Below are positions 42,041 to 54,750 of a stretch of DNA of 64,000 nt, one piece after another (positions within the stretch are counted from its first letter, which is position 1; each line of letters opens with the position of its first letter). The notes under the pieces are model-generated. The model searched no databases, was not told the DNA's origin, and was given only the letters and a program-made list of their open reading frames with translations. The DNA comes from the human T2T-CHM13v2.0 reference genome, Homo sapiens: NCBI RefSeq assembly GCF_009914755.1, contig NC_060947.1; one strand, 5' to 3'. A program made the position numbers and the translations under genes.

Positions 42041-42744
42041 TTACTAAAGATGATTGAATAAAGAAAAGTAAGACAAACTTAGCAAGTTACTTTAGGCCAT
42101 AAAGGACAGAGATTAAAAGATTAAACATTTTATAATAAATACATGCTCAATACGCAAGGCATATTCCAGAGAAGTAGCTTACAAATCTTTGGTGATGTTG
42201 AAAGAGAAAATAATAGAAAGAGAAAAAAGTCAGTATTCAAAGATGTAATAGTAAACTTTTAGTCTCTGGACAAAGACATTTTTTTCCTGAAAATTGGAAG
42301 TGCTCAAAATGTATTAAGGAAAATGGACAAAATTAATTCTACACCTGCACTCATGTTAGTGTATTATTTTTTTCTTGGTGAAATTTTTAGATTTCTGTTA
42401 TAAGGAAAAAGCTCTGTATATACCCATTAAAAATATAAATAATACAGTAATAACAAGTAGAGGAAAAAAAGCTATTCCATGAAAGACGTAGACTTAGGTT
42501 GACCCCAGTGTCCTCTGCAACACTAAACCCTGAAAGAGATTGAATCAAGATCCGTGGTAGTTTTACTCAGAAAAAAAATATTGTTTATATGTGAAGACAT
42601 TTTTAAACATGCTATCATTCAAGAATTATGCCAACATGTTCTTTCTTAATAAAGTATTTGAAGTTCTTCCTAAATTAAGTTATTGGAAAAATGTGCTCTA
42701 GAAAAAACAGAGAAATTTTCAAAGGATACACAATTACAAATGAT

Positions 42745-43312
42745 GCAAATAGCAGGATTTTCTTTTTTTAAAAGCTGAATAATATATGTGTGTGTATGTA
42801 GATACATATATACATATATATATAATTTTCCTTATTATTCATTTTTTATCCCTTTATCTGTCTATGGACACTTAGGTTGTTCCTGTATCTTGGTTATTAA
42901 TGATGTTGAAATGAACATGGGAGTTCAGATATTTTTCTGGTCACGATTATTTTCTTTGGAATATATACCCAGAATTGGGATGGCTGGATCATACACATGA
43001 ACCTGAAGGACATTATACTTTGTGAAAGAAGTCAGAAGCAGAAGGACAAATATTGTATGCTCTCACTTTTCTATGTGGAATTTAAAAAAATCAAATTCAT
43101 AGAAACAAAGAGTAAAAGTGTGGTTACCATAAGTTGAGAGTGGGAAATGGAAAGATGCTGATCAAAGGTTACAAAGTTTCAGTTATGCAGAATGAATAAG
43201 TTCTGGAGATCCACTGTGTATACTATGGTGACTATAGCTAATATACTGTATTGTATACTTAAAATTTGCTATGAGAGTAGACCTTAAATGTTCTCACCAC
43301 ACACAGATACAC

Positions 43313-43349
<37 letters not shown>

Positions 43350-43510
43350 ACACACGGTAAACTATGTGAGAAAATGGGTATGCTAATTAGCTTAATTGTG
43401 GTAATGATTTCACAATGTGTTTAAATATCAAAACATCACATTGTACACTTTAAATATATATAATGTTTATTTGTTTGTTATCCCTCAATAAAGGCAGGGG
43501 AAAAAAAAAG
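42745..43510 (+). mobile_element. L1MA/MB 3' end with 5' inversion
   Basis: 42745-42992 antisense, 42993-43510 sense (atgaacctgaaggacattat...aataaaggcagggg + A-tail); internal (CA)n at ~43300-43355. Confidence 0.8.
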
Positions 43511-44099
43511 ATGAGAGCTATAGTAAACGTATGGAGAAAGTGCTTTAGGAACACCAAAAGAGGGACAATTGATTCTAGTTGTGAAGGTCTAACAATTAGG
43601 GGAGAGAATTTAGCTTCTTAAGAAGAAAAGTAGAATTTACCAAACAAGGATATTCTAAATAAATAAGTGTATTGTGAAGGCATTAAGTCAAACAGGTGCT
43701 TGGCATTTTCAGGATTTAAGTGTAGTGCAGTTCTTTGTCACTATCTCTGTGTATTCAAGAAGCATTTTCTTTCACTGAAACCAACTTTCAAGACAATAAA
43801 ACTGCACAGCAATTAAAATTCTAGGCAATTTTGGAAAAATTGGAACTAACAAGCCGATATATAAATATAGACTTTAAATAATTTGCTTCAATGTCACTAA
43901 AAAGTTATTTTTGTATTTAACTAGAAATAAGAAAACGATATTGTAAAAACCAAACAAAATAAATGTAAAAGTAAGAAACAGATTCTACCACCCTAGATTT
44001 TATTTGCAAAAACTTAGAAAGAAAACCTACATTTTCTGCTGATTTGCTGACAACTCTGTAATGACTAAGAATTAAAACTCATCATTCATAAATTATCAT

Positions 44100-45480
44100 T
44101 TATTATTTATTTATATTAATTTCCTTGCCTTTATTTCAGGAAAATCACAAATCATGCTGTAATATATTTATCACATAATTGAGGTTCTTTTGATAGGGTT
44201 ATCAGATTGGACAACCATCTTTAGTAATTTCGGTTTTCATGTTTTTTATCAATGTGAGTCTGGATAAGGCAGTATTGGAATTCTCAATAGCGTTATGTAA
44301 GTAATACTTAGGTTCGAAGATAAAACTATAATTGTTACCTATGATGCCTGTATATTTTAATGGTGTAGCATATGATAAATCATTGTTATCACAGAAAAGC
44401 ATAAATATTTAAATTTAATCATGTATCACTATCACTCATAATATAAATTTCATCAACTTTTAAAGCAATGTCTAGATCCAATTACTATTTCTAAAGTGAT
44501 TTAACATTCTACAACGGTGGTACATTTTTTGAGAAACAGAAGAGCAGCATATTTGAAATTAGTTCAGTTCTCTCATCAGGTCAATTTATTTTTGATCTAT
44601 AATAAGCAGAAAATATTTCTATATTTAAACATGTATATAATATTTAGAAAATAATATTTTAATATTTAGAAATTAGTTTGGAGATTATTTTTATTTGAAG
44701 CTTCTTCATAGAATTGAAAATGTTTTTTATTTCTCTTTCTAGTTGTATCAAAAGGCAAATTTTGTTGTATATTTCACAAGCAGTTTTTTTCAATTAATAC
44801 CTTTCTTCCAAAATTTTATATTATTTTAAATTCTATAACAATATGTATGCAATTTTTTTGGAACATTATTGATAGTAGGGAATCTTACATACAAAATAAC
44901 TGAATGTTACCGTTCAAAATAATTGTGTTTTCTACCAAAGATACAATTTGTTCTTATTTAGAGGATATATATTCTAATGTATCTCACACCATATCTAAAT
45001 TAAGTTTAATTGCTCTAATGGTATTTAGTCAGCATTTGCATTGTACATTTGAACAATTTTAAGAAAAAATCTGATATGTATTTTTTTAAAGATATTCCAT
45101 TTGGGGACAGATCCATAAATATGATACGCAACTTTTTAATTGTTCCAAAGAATGTCATCACTATCAACGCTGTTAAGGCCATCGCTTTGAAGAACAAAAT
45201 CAAAATATGGTGCAAATATGGCTTCTAGATTTTTGACTAAAATTCAGGTTTGCACACCGTTATCTTTGCCATATTTATTAGAACCATTTACATAGACTTC
45301 TCCTCAACAATATCTTAAATTATTTCAATACAGATTATTCATATTTTTTGAAAATTTGTTTTATAAAATATTCTTATACAAATATTTTAATTATATTAAT
45401 CAGTCCATATCTGTCTTTTTTCCAATATACATGAAACAGTATCATGTTTTACATACTTTACATCTAAACATGCATCACTA
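44100..45480 (-). mobile_element. hAT-Tip100 (Zaphod/Arthur-like) transposase fossil
   Basis: minus-strand translation gives C*GEVYVNGSNKYGKDNGVQT*ILVKN (cf. CRGQxYDNGSNMxGKxNGVQARIL), TFFGTIKKL, LSRLTLIKN, LSNLITLSKE and ICDFPEIKARK* (hAT dimerisation domain). Confidence 0.8.
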
Positions 45481-46194
45481 TACAATTTTTATTATTTGAA
45501 AAGTAATATTTTATTGAAAAAAAGTCCCTCACCTACCATGTGTAAATGTTGCAAATGCCATACTACTTTGTGAGTACCGGCTTGTAAATACAAGGAGAAG
45601 CAAGAGAATGAATGCTTCTCACTACTGAAAAATGATATTTCCTAATGAAAGGATTACTACAATCATGCTATTTGAGAGGAGGGACATGAGAAGTTAATTA
45701 ATTTCCTTTTTTTTTTTTTTTTTTTTTCACCTAAGCACTTTCACAAATCCTCCCTGAACTCTGAAGGAAAGTCTGTCTCCAATATTGTCAGAGGCAAACT
45801 CTATGAAATTTGCTGGCATTGATACATAGTTACCTTTCTTTGAAGGGAAAGACCTTTGAAGAAATGTATCCCTGAAGGCTAAACAGTGTCGATGATATTC
45901 AAGGTGCTCATGTGTCCATGATTAAGGTAGTGGGTCTACTACTACTGGCTTCCAACCAAGAGTAGTGGGAAAATAGTGGGCAAATTTGTGACAGTGTACC
46001 TAACTAATATTTATTTAAACCATGTTTAGCAATGCCATAAGTAATTGAGTTTTATTACTGTAAAATATATAAATCAGTTTTGTAAAAAATAATACAATAT
46101 TCCCTATGATTGAATTAAATTCAGATAGAATTTAAGAGCTGAATAGATCATTAGAAACCACTTAGTTCATTCTTTTCATTTTTCCTATTAGAAA

Positions 46195-46530
46195 GCTCCT
46201 TGTAGCAACATGGATGGATTTTGAGGCCATTATCCCAAGTGAACTAATTCAGAAACAGAAAGTCAAATACCACAAGTGGGAGCTAAGCAATGGCCACACA
46301 TGGACATAAAGATGAAAATATTAGACGAGACCCCAAAAGGGGAGAGGGTGGGAGGTGGGGTGAGTGTTGAAAAATTACTTAATGGGTACAATGTTCACTA
46401 TTTTTGTAGTGAATACACTAGAAGCTCAATCCCCACCAGTATGTCATATAACCATGTAACAAATGTACAAATGTACCAACTGAATCTAAAACAAAATTAA
46501 ATTTGAAAAAATTTACAAGACAAAAAAAGG
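46195..46530 (+). mobile_element. L1PB3/4-like 3' end inside a MIR
   Basis: gcaacatggatgga...gggtacaatgttcactattt...catgtaacaaatg...A-tail. Confidence 0.8.
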
Positions 46531-47539
46531 AAACTACAGTTTAGAGAAAGAAAACGACTTGCCCAAAGCATCAGAACTTAAAATCAACAAAACAGGACTA
46601 CATTGTTGGTCCTTTGACTTCTGCAGTCATTATCAATGTTGATCACTGATACCTTAGGCTGGTGAAAACAAATGGAACCTGCAGGAAAATGCAAGGATTT
46701 CTATCAAGTGATAAGAATTAGTACTTGAAGCAAAAGAGATTTCCACAATTTAACTGTTTTATTTTCTCAGTTTTTCTTCATCTAAATATGTCCTTAATAT
46801 AATCTGAGGAAGCAATATACCACAGGGATGCATTTACTAAAATTTCTTAATAAATAAATGACAGCAGACTCTAATGAAACACAAAATAAAGTGAAATCAT
46901 AAAATAACTCCAAATGCTAAAATGTGCTTAGATGAAAAAGGAAATTTAGAGCTGAAATTCTGTATAGAATTTCAATTAAGTTTGACAGCTGTCTTATTAC
47001 CAGATTTGATACATTGCATTATAAAATGATAATCCTTTTATCAGCATAAGTTTCCTATAATTTAGGTAATAAGATCCTCATATAAAAGCTACAAGTTTTA
47101 ATATCACAGTTTCCTCAATTTTGCAGTGACTTTCATATAAAATGTTAAGAAGAAAAATATTACTAAAACACAGGAAGAATAAGACAACTTAAAATTGATG
47201 AATAACCAAATTACATAATAACTGTGGTGGGAGAAGTTTAACTTATATGTACTCTCATTCTAATTTGAACTCATGTATGGCATCACAAAGGTTTTCCAAG
47301 GTAAAAGGTAATTAGTCTGAATAGTTTAAAAAATCCCATTTAACCTCAGTTTCAAGAGAATGCTTAATGGAATAATAACAGCAGCCTAAACTAATGATTG
47401 GATGGAAGTTATTAGCCTAAATACACAAGAATTTACAGTTCAGACAGCAAAACATTGCACCACAATCATAGAGGATTAGAAACAAAAAGATCATTAGTGA
47501 GCAAAATTTTAAAGAAACAGAATGGGAAAGTCATTTATC

Positions 47540-48350
47540 CAAGGGCAAAAATCAAAACAGCAATAACACTAAGATTATTAAATTATCAAATGGGGAAAGA
47601 AGAGAACTTTTAAAATACAACAACATAGGGAAGTAGATATTCACACAGCCTCAAAGTAATACCCCATATAGTATTTATTACAAAGGAATAAAGTAATATT
47701 ACAATAGAGAAACATGGCAGACACTATTTTAATCAAGTGATCATACTTAACATTACTAATAATGGGACAAACTGACATGTGGCTTTTGATGGAGTGCAAT
47801 GGGAAGGACACAGCTTCATTTATGTGGTTTTCTTGCCAAAAATATTTGACCTGGATCTAATAAAGATAAATTCACCAGAAACGTTTCTATTTTAGGATGT
47901 TCTACCATTGACTAACAGAGACTCTAACAATGACAATGTTTGAAATAAAACAAAAGGTGTTTGTGTGCAAAGGGAATGTTCTAGACCAAAGGAGATCAAA
48001 AATATATGGCAATCAAATGCAATGTTTGATCTCAGATTAGGTTGAGAATTGGAAAAACGAACAAGGAGATGTAAACAATATTATTGGTACAATTGGGAAA
48101 AGTTGAATATATAACATATATTGAATAATAATTCTACCAATTTCAAATTCCTTGGGTATCATAATGGTATTATAGTAATATGCAAAAGTGCCATGATACC
48201 TGATGATGTATATAGAGTTGAAGTGAGAGAAAAAAAAAAACACTTAAATGTGATAAGATGTTAATTAATTAATCTATGTGAAGATTATACAGATGTTCAT
48301 TCTACTATTCTTGCAACTTTTACATAGATTTAATATTTTAAAATATTAAA
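47540..48350 (+). mobile_element. L1MC/ME 3' region
   Basis: agaaacatggcagacac...caagtgatcatacttaacattac...aaatgcaatgtttgatc. Confidence 0.65.
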
Positions 48351-48671
48351 TCCAAGCAACAGCAACTCCTAGTGTAGATTTAGAACAATGTATATGCTTA
48401 TAACTGTTATCTCAATTTGGCATGAAGTTAACTTTACAATGTTGTTAAGCTACCCTGGACCAAACATGCATATACCTTGCTAATAAAAGGGATGTGTGCT
48501 TTAAAAACCCAAATATTCATAAATGAAAAACTATAATGAATCTTAATCAATCCATGTATGATACCACAATTGTCAAGTGCACCAAAATTAAATATGTACT
48601 TTATGATATTACCTGAATTATCAACAAAATATAAGAAAATAAATGGATTACAGGATATCTAGAGATGGCTT

Positions 48672-49583
48672 TGTAAACCAAAAATAAGATCCTAAGTGCC
48701 CAACTGACTGAATGGATCCCCTCTTGGCTAAGGGGGCACCAGAGAAACCTTAAAACTGAGTTTCTGGCCATGACAGTATGGGAGGTCAGACATGCCTCGT
48801 TATATCCCTTCCATTTTGCAGTTTAGACGAAACTGACCGGCACTAATGTTAAAACAGAGATCCTAAGACTGATAGAACAGACTCTTTTTTTGGCAATAAA
48901 ATACCAAATTATAAACAGGACCTAAAGCCAGGCCAGGCAAAGGTTAAGTCAGGAACTTCTACACTTAAAGAATAAACTATGTTGTAACGGCCACAAGGCT
49001 TTTGTTTTTCCTTAGCAGCTAAACAACCACTGTCCTTAAGATAAGCAATGTTAAAACAATTAGAAATTATTTAGATCACAGGTTGACCCCCGGTTCCACC
49101 AGTCATGACTACAGCTTTAATTGAACAAGAGAATGATTTCAGTAACCTTCTCCTGACAAGAATATCATCGACCATTGAATGGTTCTGGCTGGTTTACAGA
49201 GATTGTGCACTTGCGGGCTTTCGTGTCCTGCAAATACAGTTTGACTCATGGGGCCCAATTATAATACATTCAAATATTAAGTCTTCACTCTAAGATGAAC
49301 ATGAATTGTATGTTACATGCGTGTTTGTTCAATATACATTGGTCAGGAACAACTTTCATGAATACTCATAGTTCCTCCTGTAATCTGTTGAATATTTATG
49401 TTTAACAAACTTGTTAGCATAAAGCACCTACCCCAACTCCTCTTCCTTGATTGTGCTTGTCTCTGTTCTTGGCTGGAGGCATGCTTCCCAGCCTGTGGGA
49501 AGTCTACCTTGCACCTTTATAAGAAATCAAGTCTCATTTCTCCTCTTCTTTTCTAAATTTATATACTATTTTTTAAGTTAACA
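48672..49583 (+). mobile_element. MER4D-family ERV1 solo LTR
   Basis: TGTAAACCAAAAATAAGATCCTAAG...AAGTTAACA termini; internal MER4D motifs. Confidence 0.8.
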
Positions 49584-50119
49584 TTGTTAAAGACTCAGCA
49601 ATATTCTGTAATTCATTTTTGAACATACAATATTTTATGTAAAACCTTAATTCTAATATGTTGTTAAAATTGTTTCTCATTGAGTAATATATACTAGGTC
49701 TTACACAAGTTTACATATCTTCTTCAGATTGCTCTGGTAACCCATGGTAGTTCTAGTTTAGCCCACACACGATTCTAGAATCCAAAAACTCCAAGAGAAG
49801 GATATTTTACATATTGCACCATGAGGATGAGGAAAACAACCACCCTAACTATGACGCTCAAAACAAAAAAGCCCTGTTCCTGACATTATGCATTGAAATC
49901 ATCAAAATATGTTCTACACTCCTAGTTCAGACTTTCATATGTCAGTTAACAAATTTACATTTAAAACCAGAGCATGGTGGTGTCACCATTCAGCCAACAA
50001 TTCAACTTCTTGTGTAACCATCTTTGCCTACTCTTCAATGTTTTTGGAATTAAAAAAATAGTCAAGTATACTCCTATTCCATTAAAAAAAAATTTAAAAA
50101 CAATAAAAGTTAACTACTA

Positions 50120-50395
50120 CTAAGAAAACTACAAAAATACAGTTAGATAGAAGGAATAAGTTTTAGTGTTCAATAGCACAACAATGTAACAGTGGTTACT
50201 AATAATTTATTACATATTTCAAAATACCTAGAAGAGAAATTTTGGAATGTTTCCAACACAAAGAAATGATACACGTTTGAGGTGATGGATATCCTAATTA
50301 CCATGAGTTGATAATCACACATTGTATGAATATAACAACATGTCACATTTACCCATCAATATCCATAATTTAACGTATCAATAAAAAGTAAGATA
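50120..50395 (+). mobile_element. L1MA 3' end
   Basis: cagttagatagaaggaataag...tttgaggtgatggatatcc. Confidence 0.8.
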
Positions 50396-50559
50396 ATAAA
50401 ATATGTTCAATGTATGTCAAATAAACACCTGAAAACCTACAACAAAAATAACCCAAATTTATTATTTAATAAAATTGAGGTAATAAAATAATCAGATCTG
50501 CTGAAATCTATGATTCTGCGGTTATACTTGCTTATTATATTAATCTGAGAAAAAAATGC

Positions 50560-50880
50560 TTTATATGAAAATTAAAAGAACTAAAAGTATAAATCATATA
50601 TAAATATGACATTCCAAACTATAAAGATTCTAGACAAAATCATGGGAGAAACTCTATGTGATGCTGGGTTGGGTGACAAATTTTTAGGTACAAACCAAAA
50701 GCATGATTTATGAAAGAAAAGTTAGGTGAGTTGAATTTTATTAACATGTAAAAAATCATTCCGTGTAGAAGATACTATTAAGAAAATTAAAAGACAAGTC
50801 AACAAACTGGAAGGAAATATTTGCAAAACATATATTTTATAATAAACTTATATCTAAAATATATTTTAAAAACCTCTTAA
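50560..50880 (+). mobile_element. Old L1M ORF2 fragment
   Basis: aactataaagattctagac...aaaagacaagtc...ggaaatatttgcaaaac. Confidence 0.65.
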
Positions 50881-50889
50881 GATACCGGG

Positions 50890-53299
50890 GAATAATGCAA
50901 CCAAGATGGCAGACTAGGGGATACCAGCCTTCATCTTTCCACAAAAGCAAACAAACAAAAAATACAGACAGCTATCCTAAAACCAAATAGTGCTGGAAAG
51001 ATTCAAGGATTCATTTCTGAATCTATAGAGGCAAAGTATATCAAATAAAAACAAACTGAAGAAACATAAACACAGAAAGGATAACTAGTGAGATCAGCAT
51101 ACCTAAGATGTCAGGAGAAGGTTAGGAACAATAAAGAAAGGTAGAGGCTATTGGTATAAGCCACGTGGTGGAGAACCACTGTGGTCTCCAGTAGTCTGCT
51201 CCACAGAGAACACCAGCATCTTTTGCCACTGATGTAACCAAAAACTAGTCCCTCTGGGGAATGCTAGAGAGGGAGATGTGACTGCACACCCTACCCCAAG
51301 AAGAAGTTGCAGTTGTACTGCTTCAGAACCAAAACTACTACCTCTCCTAAACCCATGCATGCCTCTAATACCCGAGCCACAGCCTCCCTGCAACTGTCTA
51401 CACTCTAGACCACGGATTTGTGATTGTACCGCACCTGCTGACACTTCAGACATTAAAGCCATTGCCATAGTAAGCTAGTTCTCACCCTGGGCCCAGTAGA
51501 CAAGGACTCTCTGCACATGTGTGCACTCTGGGCACCAGCTCAGCCACCGTAGACAGCTACACCCTGCCCCAACCCCAGAGACATCATAGCTCTGAGCATG
51601 CCTGTGCTTCATCTTTTGGTCCCAGGCTGCTTCCTAAGCACTCACGTGTGGCACACTATTAGTAATGCAGTAGAAGGTGTACATGTGTCCTAGGCTCTTA
51701 TGCCATTATAACCCTGCACCCGAGAGCCATAATGCCTCCACATGGGCTTATGCTTCAGGCTTTTACTCTATGCCCACCTCATGGATGCCACTTATCAGCC
51801 ATCTGTGCCATCACCACTGTTAGCAGGACAGTAAGCCAGAATCAATGCCAAGACTAAAAGAGGAATCCCCACATCCACAACTTCCCAGGTGGAAAAAGAA
51901 AAAGATCAGGAGGTACATAGCAGTCATCACTAACAAAGACTCTAACAACCCTCATTTCCACTGTAGACATCCACAGTGTTTGTTGCTGAGGATCCCTGTA
52001 ACCATCAACACTGACCTCATTTGACATATCTGCATGGAGACTACATAGCTGTTCCCTTACCAGTGCCAGAACTATTCCATACCACCCAGCCGGCACTGTC
52101 ACACCTCCTAATAGGTAAAGTTATTTCCCCCTGAAACCAGACTGTAAGGTATGAAAGAGGTGATTGCTCCACCAAATATGCAAACATAAGACAACAAAAA
52201 ACACAAAAACATCAAGAAAAATGTTGACACTAGAAAAGCAACATAATTTTCCAGTAACAGACCCAAAAGGAAAGGAGATAGAGAGTATTTGACCAAATTC
52301 AGAATAATTGATTTAAGGAGGCTCAGAAAACTTCAAGAAAATATAGATAGATAATTCAGTTAAATTAGGAAAACTACAAACAGACAAAATGTCAAATTTA
52401 GCAGGATTGAAATACACACACACACACCCCAGAAATGTGGAGCTGAAAGCTACATGAATTAAAGATGCAATGGAAACTATCAACAACAGACATGATCAAG
52501 CAGAAAATATAATCTGTGAACTAAATGATAAGTTATTTAAAATAAGAGTGTCAAAGGAGAAAAAATGGAAAAGAATGAAAAGGACTGGACAAAAACTGTG
52601 GAATTTATTGGATATCATTAAGAGCTAATATTTGTATTATAGGGGTTCAAAGGTAGATGAAAAAGAGGAAACAAGCTTATTTAAAAACATAATAGCTAAA
52701 AATTTCCTAAATCTGGACAAAGATATAAACATTCTTGTACAGGAAGGTAAAGACTTTCAATCAGATTAAATGTAAAGAAGACTGCACCAAGATATATTAT
52801 AATCAAGCTGCCCAAAATAAAAGATAAAGAGGATTCTTACAGAATCAAGAGAAAAGAAACAGATTACACATAAGGGAATTACAATAAGGCTGTCAGTAAA
52901 TTTCTCAGAAAAAAAAAAAAAGATTACAGGACAGCAGAAAGTAGGCTGATATCTTCAAAGTGCTGAAGTAAAAAAAGAACTACAAAAATACAAAAATAAA
53001 CCTGCCAACAAAATGTAATTTACAGGCAAATGGTCCTTCAGAAATTAAAGAGATAAAAACATTCACAGACAAATAAAAGGTGAAGGAGGTTATCACCACT
53101 AGACCTGCCTTACAAGAAATGATGAGGGAGTTCAACAAGCTGGAAGAAAAAAATGCTAATTAGTAATACAAAGACATATGAAAGTATAAAACTCACTGCT
53201 ACATAGTAAAATGCAGAATACACTAATACTATAATATTGGTGTGTAAATAACTTATATTTTTTAAAGAAAGTTAAAAGGCAAAGCTATCAAAATAATAT
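50890..53299 (+). mobile_element. L1M 5'UTR + ORF1 (left half of a split element)
   Basis: caagatggcagactag start; ORF1 motifs (caagcagaaaat..tctgtgaacta, caccactagacctgccttacaagaaatg). Confidence 0.8.
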
Positions 53300-54382
53300 A
53301 AAAATTCTTTTTTTATTTTTTATGTTTTTTATTTTTAATTTTTGTGGGTATATAGTAGGTGTATACACTTATGAGGTACATAAAATGTTTTGATAAGGGC
53401 ATGCAATGCATATGATCACATCATGAAAAATGGGGTATCCATCACCTAAGCATTTAATGTTTCCAGGTGTTAAAAATAAAAATATGCTTTTAGCTATTTC
53501 GAAATGTACACATATTATTGAGTATTATCACCATGTTGTGCTATCAAAGAGTAGATATTATTTATTCTAACAGTGATTTTTGGAACCATTAACCATCCCC
53601 ACCTCCCTGCTCAGCCACTCACTACCCTGCCCAGTGTGTGGTAACCATCCTTCAACCCTCTATGTCCATTAGTTCAATTGTTTTGATTTTTAGATCCTAC
53701 AAATAAGTGAGAACATGCAATGTTTTCCTTCCTGTTCCTGGCTTATTTCACTTAACATAATGATTTCCAGTTCAATCTATGTTGTTAGAAATGACAGAAT
53801 CACATTCTTTTTATGGTGGAATAGCACTCCATTGTGTACAAATACCATATTTTCTTTACCCATTCAGCTGTTGATGGACACTCAAGTTGCTTCCAAATCT
53901 TGGCTATTATGAAGAGTGCTGTAACAAATACGGGGGTGCAGATATCTACTCAATGTAATATTTTCATTTATTTTGGGGATATACACAGCAATGGGATTGC
54001 TGGGTCATAGGGTAGCTCTGTTTTTAGTTTTTTGAGGAACCTCCAAACTGTTCTCCACGGTGGATGTACGAACTTACATTCCCATCAACAGATTACAAGG
54101 GTTCTCTTTTCTCCACATCCTCAATAGCATTTGTTATTGCCTGTTAAAATTAAACCATTTTAACTGGAGTGAGATGATATCTCATTGTAGTTTTGATTTG
54201 CATTTCACTGATGATCAATGATATTAAGCACCTATTTATATGCCTGTTTACCATGTGTATGTCTTCTTTGGAGAAATGTCTGTTCACATTATTTGTCCAG
54301 TTTTTGATCAGATTATTAGATTATTTCCTATAGATTTTTTTCCTTATATATTCTGGTTATTAATACATTGTCAGATAGGTAG

Positions 54383-54750
54383 TGAGATCGTTTGGCTGTG
54401 TCACCACCCAAATCTCATCTTGAATTTTAGCTCCCATAATCCCCATGTGTCATGGGAGGGACCTGGTGGGAGGTAATAGAATCATGGGGGCAGATTTTTT
54501 CCCATGCTGTTCTCATGGTAGTGAATAAGTCTCAAAAGATCTGATGGTTTTATAAAGGGTAGTTTCCATGCACACTCTCTCTTGCCTGCCACCATGTAAG
54601 ACATGCCTTTGCTCTTCCTTCACCTTCTGCCATGATTGTGATGCCTCCCCAATGATGTGGAACTGTGAGTGCATTAAACCTTTTTTTTTTTTAATAAATT
54701 ACCCAGGCTTGGGTATTTTCTTCATAGCAGTATGAAAATGGACTAATACA
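54383..54750 (+). mobile_element. THE1C-like solo LTR
   Basis: TGAGATCGTTTGGCTGTGTC...GGACTAATACA; TSD GGTAG/TGTAG. Confidence 0.9.

Noticed and set aside
45015-45215. Domesticated transposase gene
   Set aside because: Multiple stops and frameshifts, and the catalytic Asp codon is altered; treated as a fossil
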